This document shows positions 29,572-44,073 of a DNA stretch of 64,000 bases, piece after piece (position 1 is the first letter of the stretch; each line of letters starts with the position of its first letter). Both the position numbers and the translations under genes were made by a program. This DNA comes from Eledone cirrhosa (lineage: Eukaryota). A model generated the notes under the pieces. That model was given only the letters and a program-made list of their open reading frames with translations. It ran no database searches and was not told the origin of the DNA. The DNA lies in contig OZ024745.1 in the NCBI GenBank assembly GCA_964016885.1, positions 38,192,001-38,256,000 of the forward strand, read 5' to 3'.

Positions 29572-30163
29572 ATGTATGTATGTATGTATATGTGTGTGTG
29601 TAGATACAGAGGAAGATAAGTAGATAGATGAGAAACATTATCAGACACGCATAGGAAGCCATCACTATTATACATTCATAGACGTACACATACATACATA
29701 TATAGATGTCATAACTATTGCTTAAATGAATGCAAATAATAAAATATTAATACACCAGTTTGGATAACATCTAACACATCAAGTCAAGAGACCATTATTA
29801 GAGACATATACGATGATCACACACAAACACACACATTCCCCCACCCCCCTCCCCCATATACATATATATATATATATATGTATATATTGAGTTGGCTTTC
29901 TCGTTGCTTTAATTCATGTGGCTGGGTCACCGGTCGCAGTCTTCAATTTGTCAAACTTTCTAACGTATGTTATTACTCTAAGGTACAACCTTATGGAGTG
30001 CTATGCTGCACATTCATGATCGTATATGGTTAGATTGGCCACAGCCAAAGCCTCGATTTTACTTAACTTCCATTTGTATATATATATATATACATGTGTG
30101 TGTGTGTGTGTGTTTGTATGTTTGTGTTTATATAATATTAAATGCGTATTCATACACAATTAT

Positions 30164-30660
<497 letters not shown>

Positions 30661-30708
30661 CTCACAGACGCAAACGCACATTTATATATACACACACACA
30701 CTTCTGTT

Positions 30709-30756
<48 letters not shown>

Positions 30757-33177
30757 TGCGCCTTTGTATGTGGGTAGTCTTCTATCTGCTTATGTTGGAG
30801 TCTGAATTTAAGTACCGCAAATTAGCGTTTCGATAAAAACATGATGGATAAAATATGTAGCAGACTTGAAAAACAAGTTATCGTCGATATGACAGAGTAA
30901 ATTTGTGCAGTGTCTCAGAATCGACTCAGTCTAATTACTGTAGCCAGTAAGAGAGTAAGATAATAAACAGTAACTATATAGTGTATTTTAACCAATTCAA
31001 CAACTGAAAATAAAATGAGGCTAATGGTGGGGCTTCTTGAATTTATATACCATATAACTATAGAAAATAGTGCAAGACTAATTTAAAGATTTTCAACAAA
31101 AGCTATGTTTTAGAACGTTATAATTTTGTACTTGTTTACACAGTTTCCCGGCAATCAAAAGTCAGTGAAATAAATTATCATGAATACAGGATCAATAAGA
31201 TTGATGTAAAGGATAGAAAAATGTCTTCTTACTCGAAGGCTGCTACTGAAAGTCGATCTATAATTTAACTTTATGAGTTCTCTAGTCAGTATTTATGTTT
31301 ATCCGTGTCTGGCAGAATATTATATCTCTGACTTAAGTAATTAGTACACGGAAACATATTGAATGGAATGAAAGGACTTACACTGATTTTGGTGTTGAAT
31401 GATCCAATTCGTCGATCAACTGAACGTCCTACTCATTAAATGAGCTTATAGGTGCCTGGTTATTGCATAGACACGTGTATCCTTAATGAAATAGTAGGGA
31501 AGATTCTGTGTGACACATTGTGTAATAAGGCAAGCCCTTTGAATTACCGGTACAGTCCATCACAGGAGCTTCCAAACAGTTTCCCCATATACATTTCCCC
31601 TCACAAATCATTTGTTTTCCCGAAGCTATTGTAAATGACTTCGGCTTTCATCCACATATGATCGATATATCAAGCACCGCTTCAATGAGGGGATCGTTTC
31701 CCGAACAATCTGTGATTTATCTATGTTATAAAACTATGCTTTTATTTTTATTGAATGCAGAAACCTTGCACTAAGGCAAATTTCTTCATACATTTCTTCG
31801 AAGTCAACTAAAATACACTGATGACGATATTGGACTTTGAGTCGTGTTTACCTTCATTTCAAAATATGGTATATTATCACAGGTGATGTGAATTTAGAAG
31901 TTATTTAATCGGGTAGCTGTTATAGAGAAGTAATTCTTCCTGGCTATCCACGATTACAAATATGTACAGGAATTGTGTATTGGTAAACGTTTTACAACTA
32001 GCCCAGAAGCGCATGATTGGGAAATAAAATTCTAGTACACTCAGCCTTGGCAGAATCCACATGAGAAATGCAATGGACCGCTTTTGGTTCCGATGATGAA
32101 TGTTCAAGTTGTTCGTTTAACCATTAACGTATGAGTGGTTGTGTATTCCTAAAACTCTTGTTCCCTGCTTATAATGCTCAGACAGAATCGATGTAGCACA
32201 ATATATAATGAGGTTGGACATTCAAATTGTCATGTACAGTCTGCAAGCTGGGCTTTCACGCCGTTTTAGTCTACCGATTTCAATCACGCTGTTGGGCTGA
32301 CCCTAGATGCCAAATATGCCGTGCAATGGAATCGAACGCGGAAATGGTATTTTTAAGCAAATAGCCGTTTCAGCTCTCAAACGAGAAATAGACTATGTTT
32401 CAATGATGGGCGTCCCTATTACTATTCTCCGATCAACGGAACACCTTGCTGGGAAACTTAACATGCAAGTGATTCATTTAGTTGTTTCAATTGGAAGTAT
32501 AGTTCACTCGATGGGTTTCCAAATAATCCTAGATACAAGCCGTGTATTAACACTCGGATTTTTAAAGATGCAAAATCTCAAAAAAATACCAAGCAGTAGG
32601 ATCGAGCCCAGAAATTCGTGATTACAGCCATTAGTGTTTGAGCATCAGATATAATGTTTACATCAATATGGAAATGTCCACTGTACTTTAATTCTAACGA
32701 AAGTTTTAAGTGGTTAGGCGGATCAATTCTAGCTCATACAATGACATAGAATGTCCGTGGGAGATTTCTACACAAAGGCATCATATTTCTAATAAATAAT
32801 AGTCGAGTGTAACACCAGCTTAACAAGGAATTGTTTCACACGTTAAATAATTGGCTTTAGCATAACTTAGACAGTGGGGTCAAAAAGAAATAAAGAGAAA
32901 ATATCGATAGGTACAGAGATCAAGTCAGGGTGATTTGAAATATTAAAGTGTCTGAAATTTATTTTGTGTTAGATGCATTAACAAAAATATAGAAATTACC
33001 AGAAATAATTTTAAATTGGCATGAAATGAAAGATCGTTAAAATATTCAGAAAACTGCCATTATTAATTTTGCTAGAATCCTCGGATATATTAAAGACATT
33101 CTACCAATCTATCTTGCAATGATCTTCACCAATAACATCCAGTTGTTCTATCTCAAATTTTAGAACATGATATGCCC

Positions 33178-33435
33178 ATGACGACGATGATAATGATAAA
33201 GATGATGAAGAAAATGGTGATGGTGATAGTGATAGTGTTGTTGTTGATGATAATGTTGATGATGGTTATGTTTGTAAGATTATTACGATGATGAAGACGA
33301 TGCTTATGGTGGCGCTTCTGCTGCTGCTCCTGGTCGTTTTCATTCCAATGATGAGAATGAAAATAATAACGATGACAACGACAACGAGGATGTAGACGTC
33401 ATCAATAGTTGCGAACGCGACAACGACGATGACTG
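33178..33435. repeat. Imperfect GAT/GAC/GTT trinucleotide low-complexity tract
   Basis: Visible degenerate triplet repeats. Confidence 0.8.
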
Positions 33436-36400
33436 AGAAGAATAAAAAATATATATAAAGATTTAATAAAAGAAAGATACTCTTTCAAAATAATTTGTCT
33501 GGCAGTAAAGTATCTCTAATGCCAGGATTGGCTTGAGCAAAGCCCTAACAATACTGTATACTAACTATGGTATATTATTGAGGCAGAAGTTCGGTAATTA
33601 TACAGGGATATGGAAAGCCTGTTTTATCGATGATAGTACTTCGTTGGTTCTTTATTTTAGCGATTCAGATTCGAAATACCTACCACAATGTCTCTTTTCC
33701 GACGCTCAAATATCCAATAAATATGCAAAGTCAAACATTTTGCGGGTTGAAGATATTATTATAATATTTACGTTACTTGATTGATATTTCATCGATCATA
33801 GAATGATGAAAGACAAATTAAATGAGGTTAGGGTTAGAATATATAACGTAAAGATATAAAACAAAATTATACTGCACACTTTGCCTACTGCTACCGAACT
33901 CCAGGTATAGTGAGTCCGTAAAACCCTGTGCCTGCTATAGCGTTCACCATACATAATCTAACGGGAACGAAAGTTTTTGTTTCGGAAAAACGTCCTACAT
34001 CAGCAATATTTGAATATGTCTTTTAATTTATCATATGTGCCGGTTCTTCTGCCATCTCTGTGTGTTTTTCTTTCGATACCCAACAGCAGCATCTTAGGAA
34101 AGGCCTGCTGCAAAACATTCCTGTCTTCCTAAATCCACTTACGTAGCTCTCTTTTTAAGTTATGAATAAATCGAGTCAATTTTTAAAGACAAAATGGCAT
34201 GTCACCATATTCATGACATTTTCTAAGCCATCATTACTATACGGAATATCAAATAACTTCAGCTGAGATTAGAAGTGAATTTGATATATTCAGTTAGTCG
34301 GAACCTTATCATGAAAACAAAGATGCTCACCGATAATCACTAAATTGATTTCTTACTAAGGTACATGATCACAACATTTTTGGGAAGGAAATAAAAATTC
34401 ATATCAACCACGAAAGAATGAAAATCGAAATTGAACTCATCGGACTTGAACTGAAAACATAAAATAATATAGCTAAATATCGTAAGGTTGTTTTACGACA
34501 CTCTAAACATTCTGCCTATCTTAATACACGAAAATGCTAGAAAACATAACCGAGTTGATGCATTTGAACTTTGTTTTTATGGAACTGGAAACATTTATAT
34601 AAATTATGTAAACAGATTATATCTGGCTAAATGTATATTAGATAATCTTCCTATGAACTGTATTATTCAGACAAAAGGAATTAATCTTTTAGGACATTTA
34701 AATCCTAACGTAACAGAAATTGTATCCTTTCAGTGAATATCCTGCTACTATCCTTCTGACCAAGTCCATTGAAATATTTTACTAATAATATTCTTCGCAA
34801 TAAACCACACATGGAAGTGTCTCTTGCAAACACCAGTTAAAATATCATAAATATTATTTATGTGTCACGTTAGCACTTTCGAAAGGAAACATTAAACAAA
34901 CATGAATACCCCATTTCACATTAGAAATTCTATTGTTAAGTGTTTCTTTTTTGTACTTTGCAGGTTTGAATTTTATAGAAGTTTTAAAGATCTTTCTGTA
35001 ACATTACGAATTTAAAACAATTATAAAAAATGAAACATTTCATTTGTTCTATTTTAAATAATGTTACAAATGACAGATTTATGAACTGTTAATTGGTTTC
35101 TTATTTATTCTAAGCCCTTGTGGCCAATAATGAAATAGTTATTTATAATAATCACATTTATTTGACTGTCACTTAGTTACTGAGAATGTTGGAAGAAGCG
35201 AAAACAAATGAAACCTAATGAAGTTGGAAAAAACGTAAAAACCTTTTGTTTCTATCTCTCTTATCTTTTGGTTCCGATGAATAACAGTACAAATCGTTCA
35301 CATTTTCATTATGAATGTCAAAAGCAGCTGATAAAGAAAGGTAGCAAAAAGTGAACAATTCATGAATTGTTTGAATGCAAAAGAAGATACAAAACATCAA
35401 AACTAAACCACAGAGAATTTCAAATACAAAATAAATTAGAAGAATAATACAACAGAGTAAATGACAACATGAAAATCATTAAAGCACCGAACACTTTCAT
35501 TCATAAGATGTAAAATGATATTTATCTTGAATAATATAACAAATGATTACATTACCTGTTTCAAATTACATCTTTCTTAGTTTCACCTACATTTACACTT
35601 TATATATGATTTTTGAAAATTATGGATTGATTGACCTGGCTTCGTCAATCACATATATAATATGAACCAAATTTGATTTTCTCTTCAAAACTAGAAAACA
35701 TTTCAAATAAAGGCACCTAATGATGATTTGGGTGATATTAAACTGAGAATTAGTAAACAGAGCCATCTTAAAACAGATACATTCTGATAACAGCCAAATA
35801 ATTTTGTGTATTCAATGTAACCCAGTGGGATCAGCTTAACATGATACTTTCGCAGATAGCATTAGTCTAAAGGAAGGAATGCTGACAAAGCAACCACAAA
35901 CACGAGATTGTGAAGGTCAGTTCTTAACCAGGCCTTGATGATACTGGTGATATAAATGAAACGACATGGCGAATCTGACATATGGAATTATGCAGAGACG
36001 GTTTACAAATAATTACTTTATCGAATGCTAAATTTGTATGAGAATGTATAAAATCTTACACAAGAAAAAGTATTCGATCGAATGTTAACATTTTAAAATG
36101 GACTCTGATAGGATTTGAAAATACGACGCCATAGTAACTCGTGATAATGGTAATGATATCACATTGAAACATAAACTTAAAAGTTATAGTTGATCCAGTA
36201 TTGTTAAGCGAGTGAGACATACTCCAGAATTGTAAAGGGGACTAATTTATTTCAGGAGATATTTCAATGGAAGAACTATGACTTATTTCTTACTGTTATG
36301 TGAACTAAGACATATTGGCAAAAGGAAATGCCAGGAGCAGCTGTTTGGAATTCTCCCATATCAACATGCTGAAAGACGTATCTATTGAACGCTTAGTAAC

Positions 36401-36911
36401 GGATCACACAATTGTACATTTGTGTAATTCTTACAAGTCATTTGAACCATTACAAAACCAAATGAAAAACGATAAATCACATTGTCAAAGTCATGTTTTA
36501 TTTTCTGGTCGCATTCTATAGGATGATTAATCTGGTAATGTTTATATTTAATGTGTAACCTCTACAAACAGAATTCGAAAAATTTAAGACCTTCCTTTCA
36601 GTTTCCAAGACAAAACCAGAGAATGATTATATATATAACGAAACAGATCGTTCCTACATATGTAATGCCACTATTAAACTGGCTTTCATCGACTAGCTAT
36701 CAATGGTTTTCGTTTCAATTTAAATTGATAGTTGTATAATGTTTGTAACTGCAGAACATTTTATGGAGGAAAAAAAAAAAAGAGTCCAGAAAAGGATTTC
36801 TATTTTAGAATGTCTTCGTTGGCAATATTAAACAGGCTATAAAGGCGGTGGTTTGGCAGTATCGGTAGTGCGTCAGACACCATGCTTGTAATCTTGTATC
36901 AGTAATGACGG

Positions 36912-36979
<68 letters not shown>

Positions 36980-37084
36980 AAGTGAGTAGCCTGTGTGTGT
37001 TTGTTTGTATGCATGACTGTGTGGTGTGTGCGCGCGTATGTGTGTCGTACTTATGAGTGTCAATAAGTGAGTTTTTTATGCGCG

Positions 37085-37365
37085 GGGACATAGAAATAGT
37101 CAGGCTGGATACCCGATCGCGCTGTTAGACCACTGGGAGTGAAGAACCCCTGGCCCTTGTCAGGGCATACTTCTAGGAGAAGGCCTCTCAGGCAACTGGG
37201 TTAACTCCGACATAAAATCTGCGGCTCAGTAGTTACCGATGATGTTGATCTCTTCTTCTTTTCGGGTTATAGCTACTGTCGCTCAGAGAGTGGGATTAGT
37301 TCAGTGCACAGTCTTTCCTCACTTTAAAAATATTCTTCACGCACAGGCATTGCACGATTGCATAA
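37085..37365 (+). mobile_element. RTE 5'-UTR-like non-autonomous repeat
   Basis: CCCCTGGCCCTTGTCAGGGCATACTTCTAGGAGAAGG resembles the RTE 5' UTR block; related to 57270-57730 (-). Confidence 0.5.
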
Positions 37366-37384
37366 TTAATAATTATTAATTGAG

Positions 37385-39220
37385 TATTATTATTATTATT
37401 ATTATTGTTCTTTGAGTCTCACTCATTGATGTTAGTTAACAGGAAAGTTTGTTGAAATGAATATCAAGCGACTACCTGCAGCCTCAGATATTCAGGACGT
37501 ATCGGATGGTTCTTGCTGTTCCCAGCAAGCATGCCTTTTGAATCGTTCCAAAAAGCGGGGCGGGGCCAATTTTCTTTAGCCATCCCTGGAAACTCTTTGA
37601 GAAAGTACCTAGTGCGCCTATGACAATCGGGACCACTTTGACTTCATGGCAGTTCCAAATGCTTTTTACCTCCCACTTGAAGTCCTGGTATCGGTTAATT
37701 TTCTCCCTCTCCTTCTCTTGCACTCTCGTGTCGAATGCGCAGGACACATCCACAATCAGGCACGATCTTTTTTCCTTATCCAAAACCACCAGGTCAGGTC
37801 TATTGTGTTCCAGTTTCTTGTCCGTCTGTATCCTAAAATCTCACAGCACCTTCACCTGATCATTTTCTATCACCGACTCTGGCTTATGGTCATACCACTT
37901 CTCAGATTGTGGTAAATTGTTTACTTTGCATCGGTGCCAGTGGATCACCCTGCCCATCACATCATGTCTCCAGCCTTTATAGTAAGTCTGGGCTAGGTGT
38001 TTACACTCGGATACAATGTGAGCCACAGTCTCCTCTCTCTCCACAGATCCTGCACAGTGGGCTAGCCTCCTTGTAAATATGGTGTTTCAGCTAGTTCGTT
38101 TTGAGGGCTTGCTCTTGCGCAGCCATTAGCATTCCTTCTGTAGCCTTTTTAAGGTCTCCTCTTCTCAACCAGTTCCATGTCTGTGGATCTCTGAATTCCG
38201 TTTTCTCAAAGAAGGTACTATGAATGGATTTTTCATGAAGGTTGCTCTTCTTCCTCGTTGTTATTTCCTCCTTGGACATCCCCTGGTCTATTGTCCCCTC
38301 CTTCAGTACAATTCGGAGCATTGGCTCCTTACTATCGGTCACGTATTTGTTTAGGTTGTTTTTCTCCATCTGAACACAGTGCTCTATGCTGATAAGACCT
38401 CTTCCACCTTCAGATCTCCTTAAGCAGAGTCTATCGACATCACTCCTCTTGTGGAACAAGTTGTAGATAGTCAACAGCTTCCTAGTCTTCCTATCCATTT
38501 CTTTTTGTTCTGCAACATTCCATCTCAGAATTCCCGCACTGTACCTAATAATAGACACAGCTCGGGAATTTACTGCACCTATGGCATTCCTACTGTTTAG
38601 ATGTAACTTTTATACGCTCCCTACTCTCCGAATGTATTCAGATCTTATCAATTCCTTCATTTTTTTGTTCTTGATGTCATCAGCCTCCAGAATACCCAAA
38701 TACTTGTATCCTTCTTCAGTGTCAATTTGCTTTATAATCTCACCCGTTGGTACCTGGATTCCGTTGCTTCTGCTCAATTTACCCCTCTTCATCACAATGA
38801 CTCCACACTTACTAATACCAAATTGCATACATATATCATTGCTGAAAATACGGACAGTGTCAACAAGCACATCCACACCTTCTCACTCTTCCCGAAGAGC
38901 TTAAGATTGTCCATGAAGAGGAGGTGATTGATGGTAAGCTCTCCCTTTCCCAACTTGTATCCTGCTCTCACCTTTCGCAGTATAATGGTCAGTGGCATCA
39001 GGGCAAAGACAAACAACAGAGGGGACAGACTATCTCCCTGGAAGATACCTCTCTTGATCGTCACACCTCCCAAGGATTCTCCAGCTGATGTTAACTCTGT
39101 TTTCCAGGACTTCATACTTTTGCTCAACAACTGTCTGATGTTATCTGCCACCTTGACGATCTCTAGGCTTTTGGTGATCCAAGAATGAGGCACCGTGTCA
39201 AATGCCTTTTTGTAGTCTAT
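37385..39220 (-). mobile_element. R4/Dong-type non-LTR retrotransposon (RT + CCHC + restriction-like endonuclease), 5'-truncated and disrupted
   Basis: IDYKKAFDTVPHSW, GIFQGDSLSPLLF, LLFMDNLKL, YKYLGILE, CRI..EREETVAHIVSEC, RPDLVVLDK..IVDV..EKINRY; (TAA)n tail at 37385-37407. Confidence 0.92.
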
Positions 39221-39300
39221 TACCAGTAATGCACTGGTTAATTGCTGGCCTTGTGCCTAAAGTAGAAACAATTATTATTATTATTGTAACTATTATTATT
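39221..39300 (+). mobile_element. SINE 3' fragment abutting the R4 truncation point
   Basis: TACCAGTAATGCACTGG..TTGCTGGCCTTGTGCCTAAAGTAGAAACAATTATTATT. Confidence 0.8.
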
Positions 39301-39489
39301 ACTTTTTTTTTCTTTTTTCTTTTTTCTTTTTTCTTTTTTCTTTTTTCTTTTCCCAATTCAATGATGTTCCAAAACAATATAAAAGAGATAATTGGCAATA
39401 AAGGTTCCGGAAGAAAAGAGATAATTGGCACTTTAGGGAAGGGGCCCCAGGTTATCACAGCCTGGGCCCGCTCTTCCTCGTGCCTCTGT

Positions 39490-42400
39490 AATAGAGCCAA
39501 ACAAGACATTTAGTCTTGGCTGCTGGAACGTAAGGATGCTGCTTGACAGGGATTTGTTGGAACGTCCTGAACGAAAGACCGCTCTTGTTGCAAAGGGGCT
39601 TCCACGTTACGATCTTGACATCGTAGCTTTATCTGAGACGAGGTTATCTGGAAAGAAAGAGATGAAGGAACCAGAAGAGAGGCTGGGATAAAATTTGCTG
39701 TTAAGACTGTTCTTGTGAATAAATTAGAAGAATTCCCAGTAGGGATTAGTGAGCGTCTTATATCCATGAGAATTCCGCTGGACAAAGGAAGATATGCGAC
39801 CCTGGCGAGTGTGTATGCTCCAACTATGAATTCTGTCGATGAAGAAAAAGTTTCCTTTTACCATGCCTTGAAAGGTGTTTTAAGAAATATCCCCCAGGCA
39901 GACAAAGTCATCGTGCTCTGTGACTTTAATGCTAGAGTACCTAGTGCGCCTATGTAAGGTAAGGATTTTAACACATGAAATGTAATCGGAAGGCATGGGG
40001 TTGGACAGTGTAACAACAATGGTATACTCCTGCTGAAGATGTGTGAGGAGCTGGATCTGTGTGTTACAAACACCATGTTCCAACAAAAGAACAAATTTAA
40101 GACCACATGGATGCATCCTGGATCTAAGGAATGGCATCTTTTGGACTACTTCCTAGTCAGGATGCGTGACAGACGGGATGTGCAGTGTGTTCGTGCTCTT
40201 CGTGGAACTGAGTGCTGGACGGACCACCGTCTGGTATGCGCAAAAGTGAAACTAATCACTAATCGTAACATCCGGGCTCCTGGTGTTGCCCTGCCCAGAA
40301 GATTGAATGCTTCTCGTCTTAGGGATAAAAATGTGAAGAGGACATTGCAAGAAGAGATGCAGGTTGCAGATCTTGGTGAGGATTGGCCGACCCTTAAAAA
40401 GTCGGTTTATGATGTAGGCAGGCGTGTTCTGGGATGGGTGCAGAGAAAACATCAAGACTGGTTTAATGAGAATGATGAACATATAGAAGACTTGTTGGCT
40501 GATATGAGGCGTGCTCTGTCACGCTACTTGACAGTAAAACCACAGGAAAAGAATATTTTGCATAAGGAACTCAAGGATGTGAAATCACGTGTTAGGCGGA
40601 GTCTTTCTCAGATGAAGGATCAATGAAGATTTCTTCAATCTCATTCCAGAAAGTCCTGCGGAGGTAGCTCTCGCAGAACCTCCGACGCTTGTGGAAAAGC
40701 AGTGGCTATCTCGAAGCTGAACAGTGGAAGGTCTCCAGCTATGGATGGCATACATGCAGAGTTCCTACAATATGGGGATGAGAGACTACTGTAACATCTT
40801 CTCTCTTTGTTTGGCAGGATATGGGCTAATGAATCCGTGCCTGAGGACTGGAGAGATGCAGTAATGGTTGTCTTGTACAAGGGAAAAGGATACAGGAATG
40901 ATTGTGGGAACTACAGAGGCATATCATTGCTTTCTGACACACATTGCAGATTGTGTTCTTCCTGAAAGTCAATCTGGTTTTCGTGCTGGACGCGGCACTA
41001 CTGATATGATCTTCTCAGCTAGACAGTTCCAGGAGAAGTGCATGGAACAAGGTTTGGATCTGTATCAGGTTTTTGTCGATCTGACAAAAGCTTTTGTTAC
41101 TGTTAACAGTATTATGGAAGCATTATGGAAGGTTCTCCATAAACTTGGTTGCCCTGATAAGTTCCTTGCTTTAGTTAGGTCTTTCCATGACGACATGAAG
41201 GCTTGGGTTAATGTCGGAGGTAACATGTCGGAGCCTATCTCAGTGAAAAATGGAGTGAAAAAGGGGGATATTCCAGCACCAACCCTGTTTGCCATATACC
41301 TTGCAATGTTTTTCTATATTGCATTCAGGAATTGCGAGCATGGTGTTTACATCCGATATCGAACCCCAGGCAGCATATTAAATATCAGGCGCTTTGCTGC
41401 AAAAACAAAAGTATTTACATCAATCATAAGAGACCTCTTGTATGCAGATGATTGCTATCTTATAGCGCACACAGAGAGTGATATGCAGCACATTTTGAAT
41501 GCATTTTCTGATGCTTGCACTGCCCTAGGATTGACTGTCAGTCTCAAGAAAACCGTTGTCAGGTACCAACCTGCCCCTGGCAAACAGTACAGTGAACCAA
41601 ATTTCTATGTGTATGGTAAACGACTTGGAGTGGTTGATCAGTTTGTCTACCTGGAAGCACTGTCAATCGATACAGCAACCTTGATAATGAAATCCCACTC
41701 AGGATTAGGAAAGCAAGTGATGCTTTCGGAAAGCTAGAAAGGCGACTCTGGGGTCAGCGAGACATATGCAAGAATACAAAGGTAAAGGTGTACAAGGCAT
41801 GTGTGCTCTCTTCTCTTCTTTATGCCTGCGAAACCTGGGTCACATATCGACACCAGCTTAAGCAATTGGACAGTTTCCAACAGATGTGTCTCACACGGAT
41901 CAATGGCGTTCACTGGAGGGACCACATCAGTGATGTCGAGATTTTGGAAAGCTCTTTGTTAGACAGTATAGAAGCTCCTGTGCTTAAGTAACGACTTGCC
42001 AGGATGACGGATTCTAGAATACCAAAAGAACTCTTTTATGAAGAGTTAGTTAAAGGAAAACGACCGCCACATAAACCAAGAAAGAGGTATAAGGATTCCT
42101 TGAAACCCTCTTTGAAAGAGGCTAACATCTCTGCTGATATATGAGAAAACGTTGCTGCTGATCGTAATAAATGAAGAAAGACTGTATACGAGGGAAACAT
42201 TGTCTTTGAGGCATCTCGAATCGCATACGAGAAAGTAAAGCGGAATTTGAGGAAGGGCATTGCTGTTGCATTTCCAGACGGTGACGGTCCTCCTATGGTG
42301 CTGACATGCAGCGTCTGTGCGAGACTCTGCCTAAACAAAGCTGGACTCGAAAGTCATCTTCGCAGTCATAAAGAAAGACCAGTGCTTGACTTCCAGGCTG

Positions 42401-42750
42401 CTGTTGGAGATGCTACGTATCATGCTTTCGAAGCATGTGGTAGAAAATGTAAAAAAGCAGGAGGGCTCAAACGACATGCAAACATACATGAACTCCAACC
42501 ACAGCCGGCTATTCCCAGTGAATGTTTTGGTTGCCAACTCTGTGCAAGACATTTTAGATCATTGGCTGGGATAATATTCCACATTCGATCGCAGCGCTGT
42601 TAATTGCTATCGTGTGTGTGTGCTGTGTGTAGATATGTTTATGTGTGTGCGCGTGCATATAAATATATCCTAAACGGACGTTAGTCCGTTTAGTAATATT
42701 GTTGTGGTCGTGTTTTCGTTGGCAATCGTCTGTTTACGACAGTACAGCGC
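39490..42750 (+). mobile_element. RTE-clade LINE (APE-RT), disrupted
   Basis: LGCWNVR, ERKTALVA..RYDLDIVALSETRL, SVYAPT, DFNARV, TWMHPGSKEWHLLDY, CWTDHRLV, LPESQSGFR, FVDLTKAF, LLYADD, LLYACETW. Confidence 0.93.
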
Positions 42751-43086
42751 GGCTCTACTTTATTTAACTGAGATAAAACTTATATGAGCATGAACAGTAG
42801 ATCATTACGCATCTTTTGGCTTAGAAATCTAGAAGTTTGGTCCAGCCAGAAAAAGTTTATAATCAAAGTTTGCCGATAAATCTTGTGTTCAAGTGAGTGA
42901 GTAGTAAGCGTGACGCTAGGGGAGGTAATCCAGAAATGACGTAGCTTTGTCATTAAGCCAGTTGCCTCAACTAGATTGCAATTATACTCAAAACAACTTT
43001 AAAATGTCAATCACTTGTCAGTAATTCACTATGATCATTTAATTATTAGATAGTTGTTGCTTGCATTGCTTTAAAAAATAGTAGAC

Positions 43087-44073
43087 CAGATAGAAAAATG
43101 CGTACAGCAAAAAAAAAGTAATATTGTTGGAATATAAAACTTTAAAAATACAGGACAAGAAACTAAAATAAAACTTTAAAAGAATAGGACAAGAAACTAA
43201 GATAAAACTTTAAAGAATTGGACAAGAAATAAAAAAAAAATTTACAATAATATTAGTGGCAACATTTTTTTATTCGTTTCCTGTGCTATGCCCCAGTATC
43301 TTCTTGATTAGTGCATAATAATTGTCATGCTCTCATTGTGCGTTGCCCCTGAGTGGTTGGTTCTGGTTGGTTGGCTGAGCAGTTCTGCTCCGTCAGAATG
43401 ACCATTGCAAGAAGTATTGGCCGATGCAGCTGCAGGTCTCCTCCAAGAATGCACTTCTGGTCTCGCAACACCAGACGAAGATGGAGAAGACGACCGGGAC
43501 AAGATGTCGACTCTGACCACCGACTACGGCACCTCCCTCAACCACCGGTCCTCCCTCCTTCTGTCCCGTCATCCCTCCAGTCCTCCTGCTCCCCCTTCCT
43601 GTACCAGAAATCTGTGGCACGCATTCATCTGGACTGCCGGACTTGAACTCAAGGACAAGATGCAAGGACAAGATGGACGTGTTGGTCAAGATCAAGGATG
43701 AGCGGGACGACAAGACCGTCCGCTGCTGCTCAAGATCTGTGCTCATGGGCCCATAGGTCCATTCACATTATGCATGACACATGAGGCGTGTCGCCGAATG
43801 ATGAAATAGGGGTATGGTTATGGCCCAATTGGTGTTCAAACCAGGATCAAATGATCCCCCCGGTCTGACGACGACCTCTGAATGTGGAACCCAGAGCCTA
43901 TTAATGTGGAACTCGATTTTTTACCGATAACAATTTTGCCACTAATATTATTGTAAAATTTTGTATTTCTTGTCCAATTCTTTAAAGTCTTATCTTAGTT
44001 TCTTGTCCTGTATTTTTAAAGTTTTATATTCCAACAATATTACTTTTTTTTGCTGTACGCATTTTTCTATCTG
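43087..44073. mobile_element. Element with 140-175 bp terminal inverted repeats and GC-richer core (non-autonomous DNA transposon-like)
   Basis: CAGATAGAAAAATGCGTACAGC...ATTAGTGGCAA at left and its reverse complement at 43936-44073; left arm has one extra AGGACAAGAAACTAA subrepeat; no TSD seen. Confidence 0.7.

Noticed and set aside
42247-42603. Host C2H2 zinc-finger gene
   Set aside because: No TGEKP linkers and continuous with the RTE ORF
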